From positions 6,003,705-6,067,704 of the forward strand of contig CM082587.2 in NCBI GenBank assembly GCA_040954595.2: a DNA stretch of 64,000 nucleotides, written 5' to 3'. The notes beneath the pieces were generated by a model. That model searched no databases, was not told where the DNA came from, and saw nothing but the letters and a program-made list of their open reading frames with translations. Made by a program: the position numbers and the translations under genes. Below, in pieces: positions 1-13,200 of the stretch (the first letter of the stretch is position 1; every line of letters starts with the position of its first letter). The stretch is from Balanoglossus misakiensis (lineage: Eukaryota; Animalia; Hemichordata).

Positions 1-454
1 TTTAGGCCGACACAAATTTTTAGCATGATATAATTACTCTGTTCCACACCTGGGCCAAACTAGCCCAGGTCTGACCCCTGGTTGATTATTTTGAGCCCAC
101 ATAAGACCCACACCTTCTCGGGACGGACACAAACTATCCAACCTGAACTCCAAACCAGACAGAAACTGTCTTGTTACAGAGAAAACACAGCGGTAAAGGG
201 CATACAATTCCATGCAATCTGCTGAACGACCCCATGCTACAGGGTGTGTAAAGATTTCAATGCGTATCCACTGTATTCTGCACATCTGCATGGAGGCGGC
301 CATATTTGAGTGTGCTACCCATTTACTATTTATCCCGTTCAAGCTTGCACTTCGAGTCCCAGTGGTTAACAATTTTAATATGCACATCCATACGCTAGCG
401 CATCCATATGAACCAACTTTAATTTAAAAGTAAAATCACAAAAAATAATGCCCA

Positions 455-478
455 AAGTTACAGCTAATGTCCCTTTAA
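455..478. repeat. Orphan terminus of a TTAA-type MITE
   Basis: AAGTTACAGCTAATGTCCCTTTAA is identical (24/24) to 54286-54309. The partner terminus was not found. Confidence 0.7.
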
Positions 479-1365
479 TGTAACAGCTGGATCTGGATCA
501 CACTGAACCCAGGCAGTCAATTTTCCTGGTTCTCCTCCCTGACAAACACTCACATATTCGTAAACAGGAGATTATGCTCACTGGCATTAAAGAGGGCACA
601 CACTCCAAAAGAGGCAAGAAAGAAGCATGATTTCAAGAAAATGAAGTCAATCACTCATTCTGAGGAATCACACACCTTCGGGTGAAAACAGACGCTTTCA
701 CGGGTAAACCGCTAAAATCACATCACTTGCATGTTGTGGAATAAAAAAAACACATGCTCCAACACTACAACATTTACTGTATGTTTAAAATGGTTGACAT
801 TAATATTTTTAAGATCATTGGTATGGATGTGGATTTAGCCTAGCAGTTTTATCCGAGGACTTGCTTGCTTCATGAATATTGGTGTCAGTGGTAGGTCTGG
901 GTTTGAATCTTGTTAAAAATACAAGTTGATCGACCGACTTTGCAAGGTAGTCATGAGAACTGCGTAGGCACATTTCTTGTTTACAAAGAGTCATATCTAT
1001 ATAAAAAAGTTCAGAATGATGCTCCCTCCAGACCCAACCAATGGTTTATCGCAGCAATGTGGGAATATGTGATAAAAAATTAAGTAGAGAGACAGACACA
1101 AGGGATCGTGAAACGGTGTAAAGGAATTGTACAAAATTGTTCGATGCACACCAGTATGTTTCAACACATACAGCTGCCTATTCATTACAAAATCTAACGT
1201 AGACACCCACACGCATAGACCAGAAAAATACGACAAAACGGGACATCAAAATTAAAAATAAACTACCATCAGAAAAGCCCAATTGCTTGCACTTTATAGG
1301 CTAAAGATCAGCAAACAATCCATTTTGACTTTCAAAGCACCAGAATACACCACCATAATTTATAA

Positions 1366-1722
1366 TTAAAGGGATACAGTTGCTGGCCTTTTGTCATTAT
1401 TTTGGGGGTAATTTTAGTTTCTTTTGAGGTATAGCTCGCTGAAATGCGCTCTATCACCAGTAAAGTCACAAATGAACTCAATTCACACTGTGGTTGCATA
1501 TGTGCAAAACAGCTTAACACCATAGCTAAAACAATTTCTGGTAGTGACCAAAAATTAAAATGATATCACAGAATTCATGTGAATCCATATATACAGGGTG
1601 TGTGTTCAGTTATGACAACTGGTTATAAGCATATTTCTGTTAAATGAGCAACATAAATAAGCAATCAAAAGAAAATAAATTAACCAAAATAATGTCAAAA
1701 GTCAGTGACTTTGTCCCTTTAA
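1366..1722. mobile_element. TTAA-flanked MITE (Kolobok/T2-MITE-like AGGG...CCCT termini)
   Basis: Left end TTAA|AGGGATACAGTTGCTGGCCTTTTGTCATTATTTTGG versus reverse complement of right end TTAA|AGGGACAAAGTCACTGACTTTTGACATTATTTTGG. TTAA at 1366-1369 and 1719-1722. A related terminus TTAAAGGGACAAAGTGGCTG occurs at 35488. Confidence 0.8.
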
Positions 1723-1960
1723 TATTTTTAACCAGCGACCAGAACTTGACACTCCACTTATCAAGTTATTTTTTGTACTGCAGGATACATATCATTCTGC
1801 ATAAAAAATTCCAGAGGCCTGTTGTACGGTTGCAACTCTTAGCCATAAATTAAGACTCCCAAACGAAAACAATCTGGTAAAGCGATAATTATATCTAGCA
1901 ATAATGACAAAGATTTATGCTTTTTTTCTTTTCGTCGAGTTATCAGCTTTTTTTTCCTAC

Positions 1961-2016
1961 CTTTACTGGTCCAATACTTTTGTTTCTTCCTCCAGGCATT
2001 CCATCTTCTCGTATAG
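1961..2016 (-). CDS. NR6A1: GCNF/NR6A1 C-terminal extension (T-box) exon
   Basis: tttcgcttctgtAG|CT ATA CGA GAA GAT GGA ATG CCT GGA GGA AGA AAC AAA AGT ATT GGA CCA GTA AAG|GTAGGA = (A)IREDGMPGGRNKSIGPVK, the GCNF-diagnostic sequence. Splices in frame to the DBD exon. Too short for the ORF track. Confidence 0.95.
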
Positions 2017-2488
2017 CTACAGAAGCGAAAGTAAAGAGGCTTATATTTTAATCTGGGGTTCCATCTTGATTTTGTTTCTAGATATAGGTACGTATCATTT
2101 TATCAGTTGTGTGTTCACAACTCAGGTCTACAGCTCATTTGAGATATATAAAAAAACAGATCTGGCAGGTTGGTATTTTATAGGAAATTGAACAAGAAAA
2201 TGTTTTTAATAAAAAAAAATAAAAGTACTGAAAAAAAGCCAGACATTTACAGATAGTGGCCCTTTAACTAGAACTTAACCAATCCAACAAATTTTAATTT
2301 GACCCAAGTGGAGAGAATTCGTTAAAAATATCAGGCATTTACAACATTTCTCAGAAATCCTATTAAACTACATGGTGACCTGCATAATGCTTTGTGATAT
2401 CCATCACCATCATTACTGGACTGGAATTGGGGGGGGGGGGGGGGTACAGGGGGAGGGGTAAACGACGTCTCTCGTCTGAAACCCTCAC

Positions 2489-2746
2489 CTTTCCTGTTCA
2501 TTCCCATTTGGAGACATTTCAAAAGCCGACAGTACTGGCAGCGGTTCCTTTGCCTTCGCGACATCATACAGTTTTTATTGCGGCTACATCGGTACACCCT
2601 CTTGTTGCAGATACTACGCTTGAAGAAGCCTTTGCACCCCTCACAAGAGATGATTCCATAGTGCAAGCCTGTTGCTCGGTCGCCACAGATCAAACAGAAC
2701 CTCTGCTCCGGCTGTGGCCGGTCGTCTGTCGGGGGTGGGCATAATT
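2489..2746 (-). CDS. NR6A1: GCNF/NR6A1 nuclear receptor, DNA-binding-domain exon (both C4 zinc fingers)
   Basis: Translates as (E)[85 protein letters not shown], nearly identical to the vertebrate GCNF DBD. Polypyrimidine acceptor ttttttttctttcccgtttcAG (2748-2747) and donor G|GTGAG (2488-2484). 258 bp, phase 1-1. Confidence 0.97.
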
Positions 2747-5700
2747 CTGAAACGGGAAAGAAAAAAAAAGCGATTGATTATAGATCGAGCATTTTGAGGC
2801 ATCTGCAATAAGCTGCTTTCTTTAAGAGGAAAGATTTCGCGAATTCGAGGGAAGTACATGAATACACAAAAGTCATCATGTTGGGTTTCTGAAAATTGTT
2901 TTCTAGCAGTGTGAACTTGGCGAGTTTGGAAAGACTAAATTCTTTCCCCACGACCAGGGTGATTTTTAACACCCCTTTATATTGTTTTCAATGGTTGTGG
3001 ATCCAAGTAATGACTTTTAGTTTCAATATCGTGAGTTATATGCCGTAACTTGGTATATGCAGGATTTGGAGACAGTAATCCAGTGAACAGCTTTCACTGT
3101 CAAATAAATCTGGCGAAGAAAAGCTGCCCTCACATTTCGACTTTTCACAAAGCATGCAAAAGTGTTCATATCCCCGAATCAACCTTTCTGTTTCCTCTCA
3201 GTACAAAAAATACTATGCTGAAAAACAATCAAACAAAAAATCACTGTCGATGACATTGTCCCCGTTAGCTTATTAGATTAAGGTACCATTGAAGAAAATC
3301 ATGGTTGAACGATAAAATCAGTAAATGAACAAAGTTGGTCCTGGCATGGCTGGGTAATGACTTTAGACAAACAGACGGACTTGTAACCCAGAATGAGATT
3401 CAGACCCATCCCCACCCCCCAGGAGTTCGTCCGAGGGGACTTTCATGAAATTTCAGAGGTTTTCATCCATTGAATGGTACCCACAGTCACAAACGCCAAG
3501 CTGAGTGCAATGACTTGGGTTGTTAGTACATGAGAAAGGCCGGTGCTTCTGTGACCAGCTTCAACACCTGATGTATCCAGATTAAATTATTAACGGAAAT
3601 ACCAAAGTTAGACAGACAATGTTTTGACAAGTAATCCGCGAGAAATAAAATACCACAAAATGATTTTTTTTCTATCCTCTTGTACAGGTCAGCGCCGAAG
3701 TACAACACCACATGTCTGGGGCTTTATTACAGACTAGATTTAAACTAAATCACATTGTTATTGGCTCTGGGGTACAAAACCTAGTGGCGACTTAAAGTTT
3801 GTTTTTTTTAAATTAAAATTTAATCTGTTTAATCTCATCTTTCACTTTTCAAATTTTTTATTAAAAGTTAATCAGTGGTCACTGAAATAAAATTGTGTGG
3901 TCACCCTGCTCAATTTTGAGATAACTGTGTTTAATGTGTTCAGCCTAATAGGAAAACCATTAGTGAAAAAATGCTGACACGGCAGTTTTCATTATCGACT
4001 AAATTCACTGCCTTGTATTTCAAAAACAAACACGGTGACCCCTCTATTTTATCACAGGCTGTTTTCATAGTTAGACAATTAGGAGAATCGAAAAATCCAC
4101 AAATGAAAGAAGTGACAGCACTCTCAATTTTACCGATCGTACATCCTCAAGATGACAGACACACAGACGTCACTGTCTGCAGTATTTTACCTGGGAAACC
4201 ATATAAGAACCAATTCCACTAGGGGAGGGAGGGGGGGGGGGGTAGAATCTAGACTAATGAATGTATGTCTGAGTGCATGCATGATGCAACAACTGTTTGC
4301 CAGATTCATTTTCTAACTGGCTTGCATTGCAGGGGTGGGTGTGTGAGTGGGGTTTCCAACAGACAGATCTCGACAGAGCAAACACCAAGCAGTGCAACTG
4401 CCCAGGAAAACTATTACTCGCTCTGGGTGCATGGTATGACATCATCGATATTCTAACGCCCAGAACCTGCGATTTTTAACAGCAAGACATGCAAACTCTG
4501 CACCGACGTGTCAAAATCAACAGACGTAAACTGACATAAATACTTGTGTCCCTTTTTCTTTGTAACCGAGAAGAGTTTAATTACACACGGACAGACTACA
4601 GACACAGACAATTGCACATGACGTGACGACACTGTACTGCGACAGTGTTAACTTAACTGCAGCCCTCTCGCACTTCCCCCCAACATGTCCACCGTTGCGA
4701 ATCACATATTAGTGCATGGACAATGCAATACTCGAAAATTCACACCTGCACCGGCCAAGAAGATGGTAATCAGTACCTGCTCTGAACTGTTATAAACGAC
4801 ATAAGCAGTGAAGGGTTACTCAGTTTCAGCGCAGGCAACATTACAATCCAGGTACCCTGCCCACATTTTATAGAAATTTCCATCAGAGACCAGATCAAAT
4901 GAGTTCACCAAGCGAGCAAAATTCACCCTGCCACAAAGCCTCGGTGGCTATTATATGTATATGTTTTCACGTTTGCTTTCTCAAGATTTCACTTACAAAC
5001 TACAAGGCGTGTGATGTTCTCTGCGATCAGCATTTGCGAACGAATAAACGTCCAGTTTAGAGTTTTATCTATCTTATTTCGTTTTCATATCTGGGTGGAG
5101 TTGACAGTAAATCTGCTTATAGCCGAACGCAAGCCGGGGGATACCACATGCAACATGTTACATAAGCCTGTTTTAACAGCATAAGTACAGTTCACGTTAT
5201 ATTGAACTCACAGAAAATGGAAAATACTTTTTATTGTTGAAACGCAATCTCACAAAAAAACACTTGGTGCACAGGCTGCAGAATCTTTAATAAGCAATTT
5301 CAGTGTGAACCCTTTTCAGTCATTTTTTTTCACAAAATTAAAAATCTTAATCCTTCCAATACTCATTTTCATGTGAGCTTCTTACAACTGGTTATTATTA
5401 AAAGTTTTTTATTACTCATATTTGTAACCTCGCTGTGTGACGATAAGAGACTCAAATGACTGACAGCTTTGCCAGAAGAGATGACACCAGCCCTGGCTGT
5501 ATTGTAAGATTCCAGGGTTTTCCATGACGATTATTGCGATTTTTTTTTTGCCATTTTGTGTCCATTCTGCCAAATTATTGGAAGGGGTCTCGACAAGTCA
5601 CAACAAACAAACAGACTTAAAGTAGAACAGGAAGACCCATAAGGTTATGAAACTGTAAAATACTCATTTAATCAATAAATAATAATGCCATGAATGATCC

Positions 5701-8700
5701 GGTCAATAAATAATTTAGAATTGCTATCGATTTCACCCTGGTTAAGTACACAAGTATGAACATGTTTTCGATTTTTTTTTGCAAAATTCATGTATGCCAT
5801 TTTTTTTATTTTTTTTTTACAGACAAAGACTACTTTTTTTCATACAAATTTCAGTTGGCTCAAAAATATAGCCAGCCCAAAGACTACCTTGAAATGTTTT
5901 GAGAAATTCTTGGTGGAAGTACCACGGACATCATTGTAGTTGGTGAACATTATTAGTAAAGTATTGAGCGAAAACGAGGAGAAAAGTTGGCAAGTTAAGA
6001 AAACACAGAAAACGCTTTTTATCTCAAACTGGCAGGGTCAGTACGTTTCACCTTGGCTGGCATTGAAGCCAGAGGTCATGTCATGTGGGGGCGCCCTTTT
6101 CACCGCCGCACAATAACCGTTTCTCGCAGGCGAATTAATCTTGTATTGCAAGGTAACAGATGCGCGTTGTTGACTGCAGTGTCATGGTACACGTTGCTGA
6201 TTTTTTTTTGGCCTGCCACGGAAATAAATCCGCACTAAACCACTTACTTTCAGTACATGCAAGCTCTAAGACAAAAATATATATAAGCTCCGAAACCTTT
6301 CGGCTTTTTCTTAACATTGGCAGATAATCAGTTACAGCTTGCAGATAACCCTTGCACCATGTGTTGCGTGTCTTATCAAAATCAAAAACTGCAGCGACCG
6401 TGATACGTGACAGAATGAAATAATTTTCTTCTCCTTGCCTCATAGAAACTTGCAAAATCAACTTGTACACATGTAAATACGTCTTAGGTACCTGTTGATT
6501 TTGGATACACTTCAATGTGTTAATTTTTTCAAACAAATTGAAAAACAACATTTTTCTGTACTATAACACATTTTTAAAACTGGAGTGAAAACACTGGCGT
6601 TTATAATCTCATTTTTTCAAACAAAATCAATTCAAAATTTCCCCACAGAGTATTGCAATTCCAATACAGAATTTGGCATCCATTTTGAATTTTATTCACA
6701 CGTTTTACTTTTTAACTCTTTCAAGTACATTTTTGCATTAGAAGCAGCCACTCATACCCCCTGTATATGACACACATCATTTAGTGCAATGCCTGCTGAC
6801 TCAGCCATTGGTTACCGAAGAATGCAACGGTAATTTCATCATTTTTACAGGCCAAATGATATAAGCTGATTATGAAATCTTTATTGCCTAAAAGTTTAAC
6901 ATATGGGCACAGTCTCATGCAATCTTACCAATTGTGAAGTCTGAAACACAAGTTTTTGGTAGGCTAACCAACTAAACTAAGAAATGGGCAGGGAATAAAT
7001 TCATACGTCCGACAATTTTCGATCAAATAACCAAAAACGTGCACCCCAAGATATTTCCTGTCGTCACCCCTATTTCTCTATACCAAATGGTTCAGTCCAC
7101 ACAAATCAACACTCAGTTCAATTCACAGTTATTATTTTAAAAGCCACAGGCCTCAAACGCATGGTTCTCACAGATAATACCTGGGTGTGCTCAGGGTAGT
7201 GAAAGTGAAAACTGACTGGGTGAAGGTGACATTTGGGTGAAGGTGACATTGAGAGACTCTCAAGGAGGCAAGTGAAGGTCAAGGTGGGAAAGTCTTGAAG
7301 GTGACTGATTTTGCGTGACAATACAACTGCCGGGGGTGGGGGGGGGGGGGGTCTTGGATGAGTCTTCCAATTATGAATAATGAGTGATAATTCCCATGAC
7401 TATTAACAAAGGTATTGTGAACATTGACATTTAGCAGGATTTCACGTGACCACTTTTCAGATGGAAAGATTGAATGTTAAGACGCTGTACTTTCAGTGAT
7501 GATATCTTTTGTGGTGTTGGCAGGAAAGTCAAGAAAACCTGCCAGGCAAGCATGACACATTATTTGCATACAAATAAGTCGATTTATGTCATTTATAATC
7601 ATTACCGCCAGTCTGAGTGCGGATGGGTGTATTTTTTTACCAACCGGTTGTATGATACCCAATATTATAAAGTCTGAGCATGTTGAGAAATTACTGCAAT
7701 TTATTTCAGAATATTATCCGTATCATTTTAAAACTAAATCACAAACGATTTAAAGGCCCATGAGAATTGCTAGAAAACTCACTCCTATTACTATTATTTT
7801 CATAATTTTTACACATAGCTCAGCCAAATGAAATTAAATTCAGTGGTCGAATAAAATCGTATGGTCACTATGTATATACCTCAAAGAAACTGCATGACCG
7901 AAGAATATCTGCTGACGACTTCATGAAGTTTGTTGAAAACAATTGCACGGTTTTTAAATAAATAGCACCTCACCTTTGGTGGCCTATTGCGTAATCAGAC
8001 TCCCAGACAAACCAATTACCTTCTTAACATACTTTGGGCCACAAACGGCACCATCAATTTAATACGTGTATGTCTTCCCTTCACTTTGCAGGTTTCAACA
8101 ACCTAGGTCGGTTATCATTTCCAGGAATCCGAGCGTCCATGCAATACGTGAAATACTGAAGTCTGGCACGAAACGAACCCCGAGAACTACTGTCGCTGAG
8201 ACCTCTGTTGAAGATATTTTCACATCTTTAACGTCACGGGCGCATAATTCTTTCATTGTACACAGACATCTATGGTTACAATGAATACTAGTTACACAGT
8301 TCACTTTGATGGGATGGCTTTGATAAACTCCTTGTCTTGTAGTACACTGTACAGAACTTTCTAAAACTTCAAAAGGATGGAAATTACTTTTTTGCATAAT
8401 CCTCTGGAGTGAAATGGAGGAAAATCATCACATCACGACAAGTCATATCAAGAACAAACCCCTCCCCCTCTAACCATTTTCCCCCCATCTGACACCGGAT
8501 GGAGCAATTTACTGAAGTCGGAAAAGAGACCTATTAGGAACTAGACTTCTATAGCAGTAAAGACTTGAAAAAGTATGTTTTGAGGCAAAGGGACATTTTT
8601 TTTTCAAATACCATCATAAGAGCACCTTATACGAGTCATCTCTTGGGATTCATTCTACGAAAAATAAAATTGAGGACAAGACGACACCGTCATCACTTGT

Positions 8701-11390
8701 CGAACTTCTTCGATATCGACACTTTCAGTGCAACTGTAATTTCTGGAACTCCAAGACATAACATCTTCATTATTCAGGGGTTGAGCGCTAAATTATTAAT
8801 AGGTGCTCCTCTGTCTACATACAGGGTTGAGAAGCGGTTCTCGAACAAGTTAATCACCTCGCCATTATAACACAAAAACAAATCTAACCCCAGTTTCTGC
8901 CCACAGAAAAATAAAGAGCTAATCGTTCTGTGGAAGTGAAATGCCTTGGAAAAAATTAAAACTGTGCAACACGCATGCTTATAAGAATTCAAAAGATACG
9001 ACCTGTAGCGAATCCACTCGCGACAAGACAAATAAAAAATACAGACGTCTTCAACGCTATCTGTGAACCAGACAACTTGCCTCCAGAAAAACTATTACTT
9101 GCAAGATATGGAAAGAAGAAAATGTTCTCCGTTGTACGAGCATGGCCCACTCAGTGGCTGTATTATTTATGATCTTCCCTCAGAGAAGTTTTTACTCAGT
9201 ACAAAAAAAAATAAGAGAAATGCAACATGGTACCCTTCCCACACGAAAAGTCTGCCAATAGGTGCATTATTTCTCCCCTCAGACACACATGAATCTAGTA
9301 CATTTTTGATGAAAATCTGATCTTCAGAGATAGAAATTGCCATCCATTTGTGCACAAATAAATGTAAAAGGTGAGATGTGGACTTGTAGAAAAATCATCA
9401 GATGGCAAATATCAGTGTCGTATAAAAGAAGAGAATGCCTGATAAACCTTGTTTTTCTAGGGTGTTTCAAAATCAGGTCTTTTGCAAGTTTTAGACGGCA
9501 GTATCAATAGATGTGCAACATGTGAACATTGTTAAAATCCAAGCGGATTGGTAGGGATTATTGCTCTACCAGACCGTAAATAATAATTAAAAAAAACACT
9601 TTCAGCTTTCATGTTTTCAGACAAGCACCCCAAATACAATACCAGATACTTTTGTTGATTCTTATTTACACTGGATCGGGACCAAAGCTGGGCACAAAAC
9701 CCAACCGACCCCCACCACCAATAATTTGGTTCAGCCCTATTGTTTCTGGGGTTCCCCCCCCCCCAGAGATTCACATGATGTCTAATACATGGTCACAAAT
9801 TTGCATTCACAAATATGGTAGGAAAAAAATAGCATGTTTCAAATATACCATAAATAACGCCTGATCTTGCACATGCTGCTATAACAAATTATAGAAATCT
9901 CTAACCCTGTTTTTAGATGTGAATTTCAATTCTAACATTTGCCACTCACCAGAAATTCTGTTTTTTTATGATGCCATATACAAGTGGCACATCTCTGATA
10001 ATGACATTATATTGACAATTCTTTCAACTGTTTTAAACAGTTTGTAAAAATATGCTCATTAATAATTTTTGAAACCACTCCCTGCATCCAAATGTTTTTT
10101 TCGGTAATTCCAGGCGCATACAGTGTACGTACTTAATACCGTGGTTACTGCGCACGCATTGACTGAAGAACAGTGACAGATTGCAGATACGGTTATTTAT
10201 CACCTGGGGTTAGGTCCTGTCTGATCCAGACTTAGCATATATAACCCAAAGAGGGTAATGTATCTCTTGCTGAATGGCTGGCTGGCTGGCATCTGTGGAA
10301 ACATCATGACTGAGTCGTTGACACTGGAAGCAACGTCAAAATGAAAACGATGTCCAGCATTTGAATTTGGCGACTTTTTCTTCCTTACCGATTTTCGCCG
10401 CTATGATGCCTTCACAACTTTAGAGTACTGGCCCACTTTTGGTATTTTTTGAGGAGGTTCTGCTCGAACAGGTGTTAGCGTACATTGTAACCTTTGCTTC
10501 TGGGTTTGAGGTACCAGTACAGACTGGTCTTATAAACGGGATTTCTACAGCTATTAGATATATTCATGAGAAGTGACCGGGTTGGAGACGTTCTATTCAA
10601 AAGCACATGCATATATATATGTTGTCAATCCCTGAAAAAATTGGGAACAAGCTGGCAGATGAATCCAGAAGGTTTTATATAATGTCCAGAGACTGTTGCC
10701 GCTGCACTCACTATCGATCAATCGTAGAAACCACAGCTGGTGGCTCAGGACTTACAATTTTAATACAAAAATTTATGATGTGCCAGTACCCTAAATTCCA
10801 AGTTTGAAGCTATTGTCTTTGATCACCCTGATAACAAACACCAGAGAGTCGGTCTTTCACCAGCAGTATATAGCGTACTATGACATCTGACTTTTGACAA
10901 GAAAAAAAAAATCGTTCAGCTGCGGCGCATTTTGTAGTCAATGGACTGCTTCATGCCTGCAACTGCACGAGCATCAATTATATGTGGTTATTTACAGTAT
11001 CGCTTCACTAACAACATCACTTGAGGCATTGCAGGAAAGTGATGGTATAATTTATAAACAACTGAAGAAGACATTGGGCATCCATGTACCGGTACATATA
11101 TACCACAGTGTTGAAAAGGGTGTGTATGTGTGTGTCCGTAGGTGCATATGTGCACGAGGGCCGGGGTAAGAATATGCCGAATCTCTTTGAGAAACGTTAT
11201 GCAAACAGACAAATGGACTTCGAATTCTCTGTGGAGATATTTCCAAGAGCGCGACACTCCGTGACCCACAGTTCTCTAAGCTACATAAGTGATGAACTCT
11301 CATTGGCCTAACTTCCTTGCGATTCATGGTTTGAATTTGAATATGCTAATTAGCAGAAAGTAAAATGCTTCTTACACATTCACCACAGTG

Positions 11391-11583
11391 TTGTAAATAG
11401 GGAAATTTTCGCGAACGATAAATTTTCGCAAACTTCGTGAGAGCCAAACGCGAAAATAAGAATTCGAGAAAAAATGTTTTTCGGAGATATTGATGCATAG
11501 TGAAATACAAGAATGCAAATATAAATCGTCACGTATGTAACAGTTGCCTCTTTTGAAATCGCAAAAATTTCCTGTTTTACATG
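11391..11583. mobile_element. Decayed copy of the 25106-25318 MITE family
   Basis: Collinear similarity along the whole length (ATTTTCGCGA, ATAAATTTTCGC, GAGAGCCAAA, GAAAATAA, GATGCA, TGAAATA, TGTTTTACA). Confidence 0.8.
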
Positions 11584-13148
11584 TTTCCAACTGCAAGGAG
11601 TACTCTGACCATGCATTGAGCAATAAGAGCGAAAAACAATATCACATATTCCTTCATATTTTGGAGGCTCCTAAAATTGGGTAATAGGCATTGCCTATAT
11701 CATTCACAGATGGTGCTTATTCATGGGTCATCACTTTTTTTTGACTGGCAGTTACAAAGTCAGGTCTGCTTAATTGAAGGATTATATGGTAACTTAATAT
11801 GTCAGAAACTTTCCTGCTTCTTCAAGACTTTATGTGCATTTTGAACAATTAAAATCGGCCTGCGCCAGATGTTGGTCAGACATCAAAACCATTTACTCAG
11901 TGCCGTGGACAATGGATCTTGAAACAGATGGCACTCTACAATTTCAATTTTATCAACTCTGCGGGTCCTGATCACAGACGGTTGAAAGTATACAGAATGC
12001 AAATTTAGCCACAGTTACCATGGAAAGTTGAGATCTAGCCAATCACAGGTTTTCAGGTGCCATGAGACAAAGACTAGGACACACCCTTTTCACCATATAT
12101 GGGCATATGTAAATTAAGAATGATTGTATCCCTTTAAATAAACAAATTTGATTTCAGTGATTTTGCTTAGGTTGGGGAATATGGGTCATGACTTAGGAAC
12201 CCTGTTAAATAAACACTTCTGCTACCTATCAATTTGATTGTACTGATGTACACAATACCAAGGGTGATTTCGAAATCATTGCGTCTCATTAATGAACTTT
12301 TAAATAAAAGTTACAAATCAATATATGCAAAATTTAAAAATGTCAATTCCCTCGAAAAAATGTAAATTATGACAATCTATATTTTCGTTCCTGAAATCTT
12401 GATAGACAACAAACAACAGATCTTACAGACTGAAGTGGTGGAAGGGGTGGGTGTTTTTTTTTTACAGACATTGATTTCCTATATGACGTTGATCTGGGAA
12501 TATCAGCTGATAAATGTAGCGCACAGCCAACGACGGCGGCATACTAGCATTGCTAGGTGGGGACGCGTTGTCTAACATGACGCAATACCATAATGGCATG
12601 CAAAAATATGCGCGCGTTGTATCACTGTGAACCCACAAGGTCAACCCAATGTGAGCACGTCTGAATGCGAGATGACTCAGACAGCTTTGAATGCCGCTTA
12701 TTTTTTCCCCCTTCACACACTACTGCTGTTTGCTTTGTGATCATTAAAAACGGAACCAGCAATTCTTTCCAACCAAACAAAACGTTTAGCAACTTAGAAA
12801 ATTGAAAGCTTTTGATTCAGATTGTCCCCCTTCGCGAAAGTAAACATCATGAATGGAAGACTCCCGGCTGTAATTATTTTTTTTCAATCAAGACATGCCA
12901 GGGTAATTAAAAATGACGAAAGAAAATGACGAAAAAAAAAGTCAACGTAGCAAAGTTCGCAAGGTTGATTTAACTGTAAAAGCCAACATTCCCCTGCCCA
13001 GGGTCACCGAACATATTGTCAGTTATTATACTGATTATTATATTACGTATTAAGCGTTTCCATCACAATTTTTGATCAAGCATTAACTGTGATAACTTGA
13101 TATACCATTATATTTCATCTAGTATCTGAACACACCTGTAGTCTCAGG

Positions 13149-13200
13149 CACGCACATACACACACGCAAACACACACACACACACACGCACGCACACACA
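13149..13200. repeat. Imperfect (CA)n microsatellite
   Basis: cacgcacatacacacacgcaaacacacacacacacacacgcacgcacacaca. Confidence 0.9.

Noticed and set aside
34-387. Minus-strand 117-aa ORF with RSASLNG and SVTRQFLS, reminiscent of GCNF hinge/H1 (RSVELNG, SLIHQLLS)
   Set aside because: The expected intervening exon (ISEEEIERIMSG-like) is not found in 388-1960, splice sites are poor and identity is too low for a functional orthologue. It shows that by-eye matches of this strength can arise by chance.
2331-2488. ORF-track extension of the DBD ORF ([20 protein letters not shown]...)
   Set aside because: Intron read-through past the GTGAG donor. The true continuation is the 1961-2016 exon.
8650-8770. 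Minus-strand peptide VDIEEVRQVMT resembling ISEEEIERIMS
   Set aside because: It is upstream of the DBD exon (wrong order) and is followed by a stop; a chance match.
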